Position numbers and translations under genes: made by a program
Notes under the pieces: generated by a model
The model's input: only the letters and a program-made list of their open reading frames with translations
Database searches by the model: none
Told to the model about the DNA's origin: nothing
In this document: one piece after another, positions 46,633 through 61,300 of the stretch
Position numbering within the stretch: the stretch's first letter is position 1
How the letters are laid out: every line of letters starts with the position of its first letter
Assembly (NCBI GenBank): GCA_964106645.2
Contig: OZ067043.1
Length of the DNA: 64,000 nt
DNA from: Podarcis pityusensis
Lineage: Eukaryota
Strand: one strand, 5' to 3'

Positions 46633-49600
46633 CTCATAGGCATACAACAATCCACACATAAATGCTGACCTTTCGCAGACATATGTGCCCATAAGCATGC
46701 ATGCATGCAAACACCTCTATGATTCATGCACACCCTAGATGTGCTGTGGTAGTACTGGCAGCATGGAATGTGCTTCTTGTCTCTGGGCTCGTCCACACTT
46801 CTGCTTGTCCCACTACTTTCCCCTGGGAAAACCTGCTCTTTACCACTGAATCGGAGCAAATGCCAGTCGGGATTTTGGCGTGTTGATGTTTGCTGTGATT
46901 CAGAGATAAAGAGTGGGTTTTCCTGGGGAAAGAGGCAAGGCAAATGGAAAACTGCTCAGAGCTGTGCCTAAAAAGCATGGGACAAGCAGAAAGCCTCTTG
47001 GAAAGCTGAAGTGTGGATTTGTCTCAGCCCTACTTAAGCTTCCTGACTATGGCAAGTAGATCTTCACGGTGCATTCTGCCATTTCCAATAAAGTGGGGTA
47101 TGGTTTAATTCAGTTTTACATCCCTCCTCCAACTAGCCTAGACTGCATCCTTTTACTGCTTGGCTGTGCTCCCACCCACATGCATGAGCTCTGGGAGTTT
47201 CCAGTAGGTCCCAGCTCTTGAAAAATGGAAGACCACTGCTTTAGAGCAAGGCTGCAATATACCAGCTATCATTTTTGTATCAATTCAAGTGGAACAACTA
47301 CTTCCTCTTCGAAACAGGAATAATATGGCATGTGGTAATCCTGATATGATATAATTGAGGCTAAGTCTAGCCTCGATTTAGTATTTTAAGGAGATTTTTC
47401 ATTTCATATCTCATAAAAATACATACAGATAATATGAGAACACAAAACATACATTGCAGGTTTGTATTATTTAATTTTTTTATAACATTAGAAATATAGT
47501 TAAATAGAAGTTTGGAATTTCTCACTTCAAAGAGAAATGAACAAGGAGCAGTTTTGTATGACTGTACAGCTTTGGGAGTTATACTGACCACTTGAAAATT
47601 GAAAAATTTCAGTTTTGTGAGCAGGGACACATCCTATTGGGGGAAATCACATTCTGTAACACCGGGTGGCCCTGCTGATTTCTAGCGTTGGAGCATGCAT
47701 ATCTTAGTTGCTAGTCTTAAATGCCAGGTTGACCACTAAAGAAAGAGAACAAACACCATGCAATGGTTGCGCTCCACTATAATAACACTAAACCTGTGGA
47801 GGGATCTAATAACACTCATTAGACGAGGGCCCAGTGGTCAAAATGTCCACATTTCAAATTCTGAGGAAGTGCTATGGGTGCCAGCCACAAAATGGCTGCC
47901 GTGGGAGCATGGCCTAACACAAAACTAGAGCATAGTTATTGCTGCTTTCCCCCACCCCCAAGACAACCTCATGTTTTCCACAGGAAGTGAGCTATTTCCT
48001 GCTGGTTCTGATATTGACCCTCTCTCTGTGATACTGTTGCTGTCTAATAACAATAGGGAGCATTCCCCAGTACCAGGAAAAATATACAGGGTGGCTACAC
48101 CACACTCTTGCACACGCATCACATGCACACATCTCTCATTCACTACATCCACATTGCAAGCACATCTTTCCCCATCTCTCAGCCCAAGTGCATCTTTCCT
48201 TCTCTCCCTCACCACATTCATATATACTCCCATCTCCCCCACACATACACCTCTCCTCAGCTGCACCTTTCTCAGTCACACACAGAGCATGCTTGAGCAA
48301 TCCACCCACCCATTCATAAAAGGCTATCCACAAGCAAAGGGAGTGCCTACAATTTCAATCCCCACCCAAACTAAATAAAACAAATATTCACGGGGGTCAC
48401 CAGCCCCACCACCCGCAGGCATCGGGCATTGGGGAGGGAGAAGGAAGGCTTTGTGGGTGCTGTGGGGCCCACAGGAGCCGGGTTGGCAGTCCCAGCATTA
48501 GAGCGACTCCATCAAAACAGTAAAGATGAAGAAAAGGGCTCAGCTTCATGGACTCAGCTGTGTTACTGTTCTACCAAGATATTTTGAATTAGGTGTGCAA
48601 AAGATTTTGATGATGATTTAAGTAAATTTGCCTGCAAAATGCCCGTTTATCTAATTTATACAAAATGAAAAATTGCAAATCAGCAGAATTTGTTTTTGGT
48701 TTTTTGACAAAACAAAGGGGGCAGGGGTTTGGAGACATGAAAGGAAGCTGTGAATCCCTCACATTCTCTAAATGTTTGAAATAGAAGATAAAACTCCTGG
48801 CAACACCACTCATCTATTTTTTCATCCTGAAGCATTAACAGAAACTGGTCGCATTTCTTTCTTTTCAAAAACCAACAATGAGGGATAGAAACATGCTTTT
48901 AAAGTTGCATTTCAGATTTTCTAGATTCTAGGTTCTGTATTGCACAACACACTAAATAAAAAGCCTTGATTAGGGCAACAGCTATAAATGTAGGTTTCCT
49001 GCACACTTTTGGTGTGGGCTTTCATCACAGGCCCCCACTAGTTTCAGTCCAGCTCTTGCACCTTTCCTCATCTTTTATATTGGAAGGATGACAGAAGGAT
49101 GGACCGGTAAGTAGAGCAAGCTCCATTCTCTTCTGAACTAACAGGGAAGCAGGGTTGGGCTGGCTCGCATTATTTACCTGGGACTAAACGCAAGCAGAGT
49201 TTGCTAAAATAGAAGCAAGCCTTAAATTGATTCCTGGTGTCTATATTTCATGTTGAAAATTGGCTTGTAAATCCATGTTTTGATCTATGGTGGCCGTCTC
49301 CTTAAGAAAAAGCAAGAGTAAATGTGTAATTTCTCCCTTGACAGCACACGGTGGCGAGGCGATCCTTCTTCCCGCTCCCCTCCGACTCGGGACAGCTCCG
49401 CTGCCTCCCATCAGCACTCTTTCTTCCTCGCCCCACGCCTTGATGTCTCCATTTCATTAGTGTGCGCCCATTCATCACGCTGTTACCGTAAGGGTGACTT
49501 TGCCCACTTGCATGTGGCAGGCAGGGCCTGGATGACATGGGGTGGCGCTGCCACTCTGACGGGGGGAGGGAAGCAGAACACCCACCCACACCCCTGCTAG

Positions 49601-52600
49601 TAAATGGATGTTGTGGCAGAAGGACAGCTGCATCATTACTGATGTGTAAATGATAAAGCAGCGCCTCCACATCCGTCTCTTAACTGTAAATCCAGGGAGT
49701 GCTTTATAATCAAGCGGCAGCGATAATAATGTGAAATTAGGTCTCTCTATCAAAGGGGGGAGGCCTTTTAATCACGGCTTAAAGGGTGCAAGCGCTGTTT
49801 ATCATAATTGAACTGTATCCGGGCTAATTGTGGCCATATTTCACTGTCTAGGAGACAGGCACACCGACTGAGGAATGAACGCCAGGGGCCGAATGGAGCA
49901 GGAAGCTGCCACCCAACCTGTCTTGGCCCCAAAGTGCAGGAGCTTGAGTATTTGGAGAGGGTGTCAACAGATACACGAAACAGCCCCCCATCTACCTTCC
50001 TCCTGCTTAACCTATTGAATGCTGGTAGCACAACTGGGGGGAAACAGATGGCATTCTGCTGTTCAACTGCGTTGGGAGTTTACACAGCTAGGCTAACAAA
50101 ACCAAGATTTTTTTATCAAAAGCAACTAGAAGATGAAAATTCTGTGTTTAAAAAAATAGAAATCGGCATACACCAAGGTGCATAAATTAGTCAGATTGGC
50201 AACAGCTGCAAAGAAGCAGCAGAATGACTACAGAAATGGGAGGGGGGCAAGGGATCTTATATAATGAGCAGAGCTTGCCCATTTGCAATGCAACCCTTAC
50301 CGTGTCTACTCAGGTGTAAGTCCTATTGAATTCAGTGAGGCTTACATCTAGGTAAGTGGGGATAGGATTGCAGAAAAAAGTCAGAAGAGTACTTCTTTAA
50401 GAGTACCCTAGAGAGTAAGATAGATTGCAATGGAACATGTTATGTGGTGTGTAGCTGCAAGTAGTCAAATAGCCTACAGTTGAAGCTGTAGGCTATTTTT
50501 GGCCTGCTCAACACTTAATTTGCTCTGTTTATGAATTTGAGGCACACCCCAAAAAGAATTGGGTGGGGGAACATCCATCAGCTTCACGTCTCACCCACGC
50601 TCAGCCAGAACACATTCAAAACAGGGATTGGCCATATTTGCAACAAGTCACTACTAGTATCACTTTCACCAAACTTACTGATCTTCAATCAGAAGGAAGG
50701 GCATAAAGGCATAAAGATAGAAGTTTGGTCATGTGCACACCTGAGCATTAGCTGCTTCCTAGTACAGCTATCTAGCAAAGTATGTCTCAATGGCTGAAAT
50801 ACAAAGCAAATAGACCCACTTCTAGATGTACAAAATGTCTGATTATCTGCTGGACATTAGCTCCCATAACTTCTCTGCCTTGTACAAAGTCTAATGGCTC
50901 GTCAAATCCGTGGTGATGTTCAACATTCTTGCAGTATGTTTTTCTACCTGAAGAGCTCTGATTCGTCTCTGCCCTTGAAAACATCTCACTGATTTCCAGC
51001 TAAAGAAACCTGTGTTGTCAGGAATTGTGGAGGGTATCTCTGAGGGGTTCATATTCTTGGAATCTATGGGTGAAAGCAGACCACCACCAATGGTCTCTCT
51101 TGATATGTGCAAAGATTTTCAAAGGGGCAAAAAAAACCTTAAACAATGGACCCTGGTAAAAACTTTGTTTACAATTATAGGCAAAACTGAGGAACCACTA
51201 TGACTTAGTGGAACAGAAACATGGACCTGGTTCTGTAAGCTCCATATGTTCCATCTTCTCTTGAGAGATCTCCTTATCTGAGTAGATAGAAACATCAAGA
51301 GTCTCAAGCCTATTGCTTGTCTACAGTGGGGCTTCCTCTTTCATACACCCTCTGGAACCTGCTCTTTCATGCCTCCAGTGCCTGTTGAAGGGGATACTGC
51401 CGGCTATCTTTCCAGATGTTCATTCCTTAACCTCTATAGTGGCCTAAACTGACCTATACCTGCTCAGCCACTTGTAATTTCCTCAGTGGGTACACACAAT
51501 GAAAACATCTGGGGAGGGGGATTCTTGCTTCCAAAGCTCACTGTTTTGGTTGCTCCCCTTTGGACCATCTTCAGTTAATATTGTCTTCTCTCTCTGTATG
51601 CCCCTTGACTGAATCCATACTGACCTTTCTACATCAAATGTTGAACTTTGATCCCCACCACCCGCCCATTGTCCATACTGGGGGTTGTCATCCAATACCT
51701 GAGCACCCAAGGCAGGAGAAAACACCTGAGGATCCAAGGCAGAGGAAGTCTGCCTTAAGATTCTCTTATCTTAGCCGCGAACCATCTTCTGCAATATGGT
51801 GATAACTATACTGGTCTAATTCATAGGGCTGTTGTAAAGATTATTGAGATACTGTACAGGAAGAGTTCTAAACACCTGGAATACATTACACTAATTACTA
51901 TAGTAATTATTATACATAGCATCCCAGTACAGGTGGCAGTCTGAATGAGATCACCAAAGATGGGCAATAGACAGATCTCCATACAGATTCTATTAGGTCT
52001 CCAGTAGCTAGAAGCGATCAACTGGAAGTACCCTAATGTGGGTAACGTTCTGCTACGCATTTCTACTAAAAGATCCAGAATTAATCTGAATACTCACACA
52101 TCAAGTTCTTTGATTTCTGACATCATATTGCAACTTGCATGTGTGAAACATCACAGATTGAATGCTACAGTCAGAGCTTTCATATTGCCCTACATCTGCC
52201 ATTTAAAAAGTTTTCAATGTAGGCAATTCACAAATTTGCCTGGAAGCAACAGGTCAAGTGAGAAGCTACTACATAACACACATGTGAAATAAATTTCCAT
52301 TGCAGGAAGATTCAGGATACTAAGCCATTCGCCTGACCCATTGTGACTGTTCTCAATTTCTTGCCATCTGTGGGCTATTCTTTCTGTGCAAATTTACTCT
52401 GGCTATGACCACATCCTGTGCCATTTGGTTGTGTTAGTGCAAAGAAAGCCAAGCTGCCAGCCTTCCCACCCGGGACACTCTTTTGTGCCCCTCTATCTTA
52501 AACCAGACTATGCCAGGTGTGTTTCAGATACTTGGTACAGGTGGCTCCTAACAAGCCATTGCAAAGCTCACTTGCCACAAGTCATTTAGCAAGACTGACT

Positions 52601-55600
52601 TCAAATCAGCACGAAGGTAAACACGCTTATTACAATTATCCGTGTACAAAAAAATCAACAACAGCCGAACAACTTTCTAATATGCAATTACAGCCGCTTA
52701 TTGATTTTACAATGTAATCCGCTCCGATTGATTTAATAACACAATTATAGGCTGGCTCCCGGGATATTAGTGCGGGAGATTTTCATAAACTCCAAAGCAA
52801 AAAACTAAGCGGCTTTTAAAACAACACCGTCAGATGGCTGTTTGGGGAATTATTAGCCATATGAAATCTCCTAAATCTCCTCGTTGTTACCTTGAAAGAG
52901 TATTTTCTACAAAAATGGCAACTAAGGAGGCCACTGATCATGCAGCACTGGGTGCTTTGCTGACGCTCAATCCATTTCAAGGGTAGACACAGATGCCAGG
53001 CTGTCCACATTTGGACCAGCTCTTCAATGCAGGGAAAGCCACACAATTTGACCCTCTTGTGTCTAGCTGTGCAATCCCTGCACTATAGCCAGACCTGGTT
53101 CAGTTTGCTCTTGCAGGGTATATTGTCTCACCCCAATTTGAATGACTTTGTTGCTTGTGCTCATCCTTTGCATGGTGGGTTGAAGGGTTTCTGAACATTC
53201 CTCTTTCCAATACTTTTAATACTTCCTCTTTCCTGTACTTTTAATACTTCCTTACAGACAAATTAAAGACTTTGAGAAAGTTCTCCTAAAAAGATATCCT
53301 TTGCATGTCACTGTATCCTATACTATATTCCTTCCACAACTAAGTTGGACCGGTGATGAATTCTTCCACTACCATCCAACACCCTGAGAGAGTCACACAG
53401 TGCCAGCTTGGAGAGAATATATCAGATTGCACAAAATGAAACCAAACCTCTGGACTCACACCCAAGCTACCTTGTCTTGATAGAGAGAAGTGAACAATTC
53501 GGAGCCATCTGATTGATACTGGAACTGCTCACCCTCAGCCAATATTGCTACCTTTTCTTCCACTGCAATGGTTCCTGCTGCATTTGCACCAGGTGGGTGA
53601 ACCTGGTTGCTTTAAGCAGAAGACAGGGAGAAGCCATCCTGGCACTACAACAATCTTAGCTGAATCTGTGTAAGAGCCATAAAAAGAAAGGCCTGCCATG
53701 TGGGGAACATCCACAACCATAAAGACAGAGACCTACACAACTGAGCACCTTCACTCCTAAATGTACAACCATCCCACCTCCCCAGCTGAGAATGCCACAC
53801 ATTTGTTTAGAACTGACAAATGCTCCCTTTGTAGGCCTGCCCACTGGCACAGAATGGCTCCCAAACACACAAAACGCACATGCTTAGCTCTTTCCCCGCA
53901 ATGTATTTGCCAGCTTTATGGGCCCATTTTTCTTGTCAAGCTGACAGCGCTGCTAAGTGGATTTCTCTCTGATATGCGGACAGATTATCACATTACCCCA
54001 ATGTCCAACACAAACATATTACTTTATATTCAATAGCTCTAATGAATATAAACTGCTTTTTCTCTTTTTGGGAGGGGAAGGAGGCTGGTGGGAGGGGGCA
54101 ATCTATAGATTTTTAATGAGGGCTGCTATTTACTCCCTCCTCTTTAAAACAGGCTGAGGTGCAGCCTCTGGCTGGAAAATCAATGTTGTTATTGTTGGAA
54201 TATTGTATATTGATATTGTAATAATAAGATGCAATTGATTTAGGGGTGCGTATGGATGGGGTCAACCCAGGGTTACTCTGCCTAGAGTGTGGTGCTGTCT
54301 CTCAAAGTGGACCATTTGTTTTAGGCAACCCAATTCCCCATTTGAACGCAGTGAATCCTCCCATCTGCACCCCTCCAAAAAGAAAAATGTTTGCAAACGG
54401 TAGCATAGCACTGATAGCAGCCCCCAAAGAAGGACCAAAGCTCTGCTAAGGAAAAAACAAACAAAATCTGGTGATCTTGAGAGCTGATTATCTAGGGTCC
54501 CAGCCCCTGAGGAAAAGAAAGAGGGGGAAATGAGAGACACTCCTAGAATTTCAGAAAAGGTGGACCCCTCTGGGCTGTGTGTGGAAAACAAAAAGATGAT
54601 TTGGCCAAGCGTGGGAACAGGGCAACAACTTATCTTTATAGTTTACATGGCCAAAAGGCTAAAGCCTGCCCTGCCCTTGTGTAAATGAGAGTTTAAATTC
54701 TGGCCCCAGCAGATGCAGACACAGACCCAAATATGAAGTGTGTGCAACAGATGACCCTGCACAGTAGGGACAGCGAGGCTAGAGGTGCTGAAACAGTCCC
54801 TCATGAAATCCCAATGAGATGCTGGAACTAACTGGTCTCTGCGCCTGGCCTTGGGAAATGTGCTCATTTGGAGTGAAGCTGGCTGCACCTGCATTATAGC
54901 CACCAAGACGGATCACCCAATGGCCTGCGCTGAGCAGGTCCATATTTAAGCTGTCCCCATGCTTTATGGTCTGTACAGGAGCTGATGCAGAGGCAGCGAG
55001 AGGCCATTTGTCACTGCTGGAATGGCAGATTCCTGTTAATGAATAATATCGCTGCTCTCTTTGTACAACAGCTCTCGGCACTGGGGGTGGTGGGGGAGGA
55101 CGTTCATTGGGCTGCCTGCCTTGCTTCTGGCTTCCCTTTATTTGCCTTTGTTACCCAACGAAAGAGTCTGCTCAAACAACCTGTGCGCCGTCACCCACTG
55201 TCACAGTATCTCACAACTCTGCCTACGCAACTGGAAATAAGGATGTTTTCTGTCTTGCCATCATACCTGTAAGTCCTAACCTTGCTGCCTGCCAGTTTGC
55301 TAACAACCAGCGCCAGACTGAAATCCATCACTCTGTGACCGATGAGCTGCCGGATGATGGCTGTATTGTTGAGAGAGAGATGCCCCCCACTGTCCATGAG
55401 GCACAGGCTTGCACCTGTGCCTCACACCTCACTCACATCAGTCTCAGCCCCTTCACCCCTTCCATGGGCCAGCTTTCTCTCAGGTTTTTCTCAAGAGCAT
55501 CCCCAACGTATCACAGGTCAGAGTGGACTGGTTATCACAGGAAAGACAGGTGCTTTCTGGATCTAGTCAAGCATTATCTCCTGACTTAAACAAAGCCTTT

Positions 55601-57522
55601 TCAGCATCCACTAGCAACTGATCTGCAGACTTCCAGGGCAAAAATGAAAGGCAAGTTAGGGCAGAGCGCATTTTTCTTAGACCAATGCGTCTTGTAGGCT
55701 GAGGCAGGTTCTTCAAGGTTCAGGAGCTTCTCCCCCCGAGATGGACCAGTGAAAGACAGCATATGCCCCAGTTTCACTTACACTCATTTACTCAGAAGCA
55801 AGCACAGCTGATTTCTATTATTTCACTTCCTTGTAGAAAAAGAAACAGTAGTTAGGAGGTCTAAAACTGTCACGACTGCCCCAGCCCTTTATCACAGATA
55901 GACAGTCCTGGGATTCTTCACAACTGCATGAACACTAGCTTCCTTTAAGCCATATTAATGATATTAGATATTATTTGGTTGTGTCTGATTTGGTTCCACT
56001 TTTTGACATACTGAATACAAAACAGAAAGCAACAAGAATAAAAATACAAGAATAAAAATGCAAGAATACAAGAATAAAAATAGAAGTGTTTTAAAGCAAC
56101 ATGTTTCTAGTCCTCATTATTCAAAAAGGAACAAAATCACTAAAAGGCACCTGTGCCAATGGGGACACAGAGCTGCATGAAGTAAAGAAGACTGGTCTCG
56201 TGGGAAACATCCCCTTCTCCCCACCCCAATATCCTCTCTGCTTTCTGAACCTTTATTATTAACCACAAATGTAGTAATTTTAGGCTGCTGTCCTGCATGC
56301 TAATATGACCCTCTGAAAAATTAAACAGGATGCATGAATGTGCAAATGTAAGGTACTAGTTTAAGCTTTAGCATGCATAATGTTTTTCAATATATATTGC
56401 TTCAGTTATTCTCAAAACGACCCTATCAGTTTTGCAAAAGGTGGAGAACCTAGGCAAGATCCACACTAACAGTTTTGCCACATTTCATTTCAGAGAGGTT
56501 CCTCATTGTCCCAGGACGCATCTTTCTGTCTTTCCTGTAAATGCACACTCCTCACAGAATTGCACTTGGTTTTTAAATACATTTTTCTTAGACAACATTG
56601 AATTTGTCACATTTCTGATAAGTTTGATGTATTGTGATTTAAAAGGCAGCCGGGGCAAGGGGAATGTTGAAGCAGGATATAGTTTGGATAATATCTTCTT
56701 GTGGTATTTTCCCTATAATTTTCTCTACTACTTTTTTTAAATAATCTTTTGCAAAACCTGCAATCAGAATAAAATATAGCAGATTAAGAAATTCTATTCG
56801 AATTCTAATGTGTCATATTTGCATCATTTCTAACCAAGGGCACCCTACTGGTTCAAGTTCCAGGTCAGATGCAAAACTAACTCAAGTGAGCTCCCTTTGC
56901 TGTCTCAAGCAAAACCACTACATTGCTGCTGGTCCACAAATAAATTCTCAGCATTTTAATCAGCCTTGTCTTTAGCCACAGGGGATCACAACAGTGCCAG
57001 TTTCAATCCCAGTGCCCTTTCAAAAATATAGGAAGCTGAGAAAGGGTTGTTGCCACCATAGGATCAGAACCCCTTGAAGTCAGCCAGTTTATCTAGCCTG
57101 TTTGCCCTATTTGTGTCCAAGTTCCGTAAATTTTAAAAGGGGGGATTTATTAAGGATGCTGGGATAATGAGCATATGGAATAAGCTTGCTGGAACCAAAT
57201 ACTAATCTAAACATACCATAGTTTCAAGTACGATCCAAAGCAAATACTAAATTTCTCTATAGCTCTCATTGTTACACCCATACTTCACAATCCTTTGCAC
57301 CCTCCTTTATTCCCTGTTTGGGAAATTTCACTGCTCAAATAGTTCAAGCCCACACTTGTTTCCATATAACTGCAAAGGTCAATTACTCATACTGGCCCAT
57401 AAAGAATGAAGTCCTAATGCTGACTTCATCCAATCGCTGTGTACTCAGTGAGGAACATCTAAAAGATAATGGAGTTAGCCTGCGCATAAACTGCTGATCA
57501 ATTAATGTGTTTTTTGGGGGAT

Positions 57523-57705
57523 GGAATCATGGCCCAGTGCTTAAGCACATGCTGAAGGGTTCAGTTCCTAGCATCTCTAGTTAAAGGGTTCACAGGTAAA
57601 CTGGCCTAGGGAAGACCACTTCCTGAAACAAAGGTAACTGTTGCCACCAATTGGAGCAGGCAGCACTGGCCCAGGTGGATCAGTGCTCTGACTCAGTTTA
57701 AAAAA
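57523..57705 (+). mobile_element. Degenerate tRNA-derived squamate SINE (Squam3-like)
   Basis: Decayed box A/B head (TGGCCCAGTG...GGTTCAGTTCC) and a tail resembling Squam3 (CACTGG...GGATCAGTG..CTGACTCAG). Confidence 0.45.
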
Positions 57706-57953
57706 CACATAATATGGCCATAGAAACAGGCGAGGAACCTGAGTCATAAAACAGGGCATCTTAGAAGCCATTCCTGTGAAGCTGATTGTCACGTATACCT
57801 GTCACTTTTAATCACAAACCTCTTTGAGGGAAATGAACTGCTTGCTACATGGAACAGCCACACTATAGTACTTTTTAAATAGTCACTACTGTGTGTGACA
57901 GCTTCTTTGCATGAATCAGACCAAATTACACCACACTTAGCTCTCAAAAAAAA

Positions 57954-58316
57954 GGGACGCGGGTGGCGCTGTGGGTAAAACCTCAGTGCCTAGGGCTTGC
58001 CGATCGCATAGTCGGCGGTTCGAATCCCCGCGGCGGGGTGAGCTCCCATCCTTCGGTCCCAGCTCCTGCCCACCTAGCAGTTCAAAAGCACCCCTAAGTG
58101 CAAGTAGATAAATAGGTACCGCTTTATAGCGGGAAGGTAAACAGCGTTTCCGTGTGCTGCGCTGGTGCTGGCTCGCCAGAGCAGCTTCGACACGCTGGCC
58201 ACGTGACCCGGAAGTGTCTCCGGACAGCGCTGGCCCCCGGCCTCTTAAGTGAGATGGGCACACAACCCTAGAGTCGGACACGACTGGCCCGTACGGGCAG
58301 GGGTACCTTTACCTTA
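57954..58316 (+). mobile_element. Full-length Sauria (POM-like) SINE
   Basis: Pol III box A TGGCGCTGTGG (57964-57974), box B GGTTCGAATCC (58017-58027), Bov-B-like tail GAGTCGGACACGACTG...ACCTTTACCTT, and 11-bp TSD TAGCTCTCAAA. Confidence 0.93.
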
Positions 58317-61300
58317 TAGCTCTCAAAGCCTCAGCCACCAACTAGATGCAGCCGCTGCATGTGTATTATCTATGCAAGTTCTTTATGTGTTTACACACAC
58401 AACAGAAATCTGTGGCTATGAGTTCCACAGTAGAATAGCATGTTTAGTAAAAATAGCACTTGCTGAATTAAAAAGATGAAGTTAATGGACTAACGGAATA
58501 TGAAATTCCCTCCACAAGACAGTCGCAATGCCACCAGAATACAGAATGATGACAACAACGAACCAGAAGTGAGAATTAAATTGGGGTGTTCTCTCTCTCC
58601 TCCCTCATACCTTCAATATGGCCCCAGTGAGAAGGTCCCTGGGACTGCCGGCAGGTATCTCAGATAGTGCTGACAGCAGATGGACAGAACATTAAGAATA
58701 ACTTACCTCATTATCTGCAATTACATTACTGCCACACACCTCATTTCTTCGCAAAGAAAAGAAAATTAGTTTTATATTGACTTCATCCTAGCACTTTTCC
58801 CAACCGGCCACTGGATAAACCACTCATTGTTTGAAGGTGGGGATTTGGGACATAGAGTGGGGGGTGGGCTTTGATGCTTCAATGAATAACAATTTCTCCT
58901 AACCTGTTGCCTAAAGGTGAGACTCCCCTCACACACAGGAGTCCATGTTTTTGTGTGGAAGCATAGGCCTGAGTGGTTTAGGAATGAGACACAAGTTACT
59001 AGGGCTTGATCTTGGATTATTAGCCCCTGAAATGAGAAACTTCAATTCACAAATCACCCGTGTGGTAGTCAATGGCATTCAAAAGTCCCAGCCTGGAGGT
59101 GAAAAGTTCTCAGGCCATATAGGGATCTGTGTCTGCTATACACAACATGCTTCATTTCCATTTCCTGTCTGGCCCCTGCCATGGGATGTCACCTTTCCAA
59201 CGTACATAAAGACCCCAAACAATGGCCTGCCCTCAAGGGCCAGCATGCCTGAGAACCGAAATGGGGGAAGCGTGCAGGGAAGGGGCAGCAGGTTACAATG
59301 GAGACATTTCCCCCTGTGTCGGCATCCCGCAACCTCTCCATCCATTAGCCGTAATTGCTGGCAGCAGAATAACAGCATTTTTAAAAGCAGAGCTTTGCTC
59401 TGCTGGGCAGAAAGAAGGGGGAACATGCTCTCTGCTTCAAGGTGCAAATGCCAGGCTCCCATCTGTCAGGAGGAAGGGCAGACGGAGCCACCCGAGGGTC
59501 CGTCACATATCCATTTTTGCTCGAGAACATGGGAGGGTCCTGCATGCAAAGGGAACACTCACAGCCCAGGAATCCTTGAGCAGGTAGAAATCATGCCCAG
59601 CTCTGGGCTAAACAAGTTGCCCCCTGCTGAGAGATGAAGAGGCTGACAGTGATTCACATCTTCATTTACAGCCACAGAAAAAGGCTAGACCACCCTAATG
59701 GCTCACCACTTTTATCCATGCAAATATATACTATATCTATATCTCGCCTGCATCCAACACAATGAGCTAAATTTAGGTTTTAAGGCACCATCCAAGCCAC
59801 TCTAAATACAGGTTAGTGGTGGCTTGCCAGAATCCTAATCTGTGCTGAATTCAGCCTGTGGTAGCATATGCTATACTACAGGCTTGGGATGGATAGCAAT
59901 GTACAGAACAAAAGTTAGAGGTAGAAAGTCATTTCCAGTGGTTACTATGAGCTGAAATGTTTGGTGTAAATCATCCCTGAGGCTCAGTGAGGAAGACACT
60001 CAGCCTGCTAAATTTCTCACATAGTGTGGGTGGGGCTGAACTCAGTTGTGGGTGGTGCCATCACTTTTCAATGTCTCCCTCCCCACTTTGTGGGTGTGGA
60101 GGGGGGGCTGGCCCTTGCCAGAGGTCTGACCTTATCACCTGTAAATTCCTTTGAAACTAGGTTGAGGGTTTTCCAACTGGCCTGTGTCAACCATGCCAAA
60201 GGTCTCTTCACTGAGGACAAAGAAAGGCAACTTTTTTGGAGAATGGCCAAAGTACTGTTTGGATTGCCATTTAGTAGCCTCGGTTAACCTGGCATTGCAA
60301 TGAGGTGGAAGGCTGGTGAGGCTCAAATCCAGTTGCCGTTCAAAACAGATGTATCAATAAATACCAGCCATCACATCGCCTGAATGATCTACTGTTCTAT
60401 GTAGTTGTACCTCTAAGGTATATACTGAAATCATGCACTAGCTGGAGTCCAGACTGCAGGTGATATGTCTGCCCCACTCCTTACTGTGCATGCTATCGGG
60501 AACAGCAAAGCAAGAGATGTTTGCCCCTCTTTCTAAACTGGTCACTGAGAAATTCTTCTGGTATCTAGCTTCCGCAGCTGCTCTTGTGCTGGTTATAAGG
60601 AGCTGCTTTAGACAGTGCAATTGGCCCTCCTCGTCCCATAATATCTACCATACTTTCAGAAAAAGATTGTTCCCAGCTAGGAGTTCACAGTCTTGTTCAC
60701 CATTCTTGCCATACTGCCATACAGCCAGGCTCTAGTATAAAAGAGAAGCCCAAGTCTCTGCTGAAGGGAGAAGGAAGAGATACGTTGGCTTGTCTCTGCC
60801 TTGCTAGGGATTCCAAGTATAGAGACAAAACAAGTACAGATGGTGACCATTTTAGGCACGATCACTGATGTGTGGGTCCTTTTGGACCCGAAGAAGGCAC
60901 AATGGGGCGTAACAGGGCACAAAATGGTTGTTGCCTGTAGACTCATTTCCACTTCCCTTGCCTAGCTCTGCGATGAAGCAGGAGCAGAGGGATGTAGAGG
61001 CACATGGGCTTGTTTGAAGCTGCCATGCACTGAACCTGCCAGCAACTACAGAGTCAAAGCAAGCCTCTTCTCACCTCCAGTTCCAAGATGGAGAGGGCAG
61101 GAGGTTATTTTCACACTGTGCAAAATGCTCCACCACCACTCCGGACTTCCAGCTGGAGAAGGAAGCAGGGGAATGCTCTCGGATTTGTGCTATGTTTTAG
61201 GGGTCCAGTATGCGGTCAAGGACCAGGCCTCACCCAGTGAAGGATGATGATGATACTCTTGGCACCAACCAATTTTGGGTTGGCCACCAAGGCAAGAAAT

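Noticed and set aside
57954-58035. tRNA-like sequence with A and B boxes
   Set aside because: It is the head of a Sauria SINE with tail and TSD, not a tRNA gene.
58945-59637. 230-aa plus-strand ORF
   Set aside because: No recognisable family, Cys/Pro/Ser-rich random-looking composition, antisense within the ERI3 intron.
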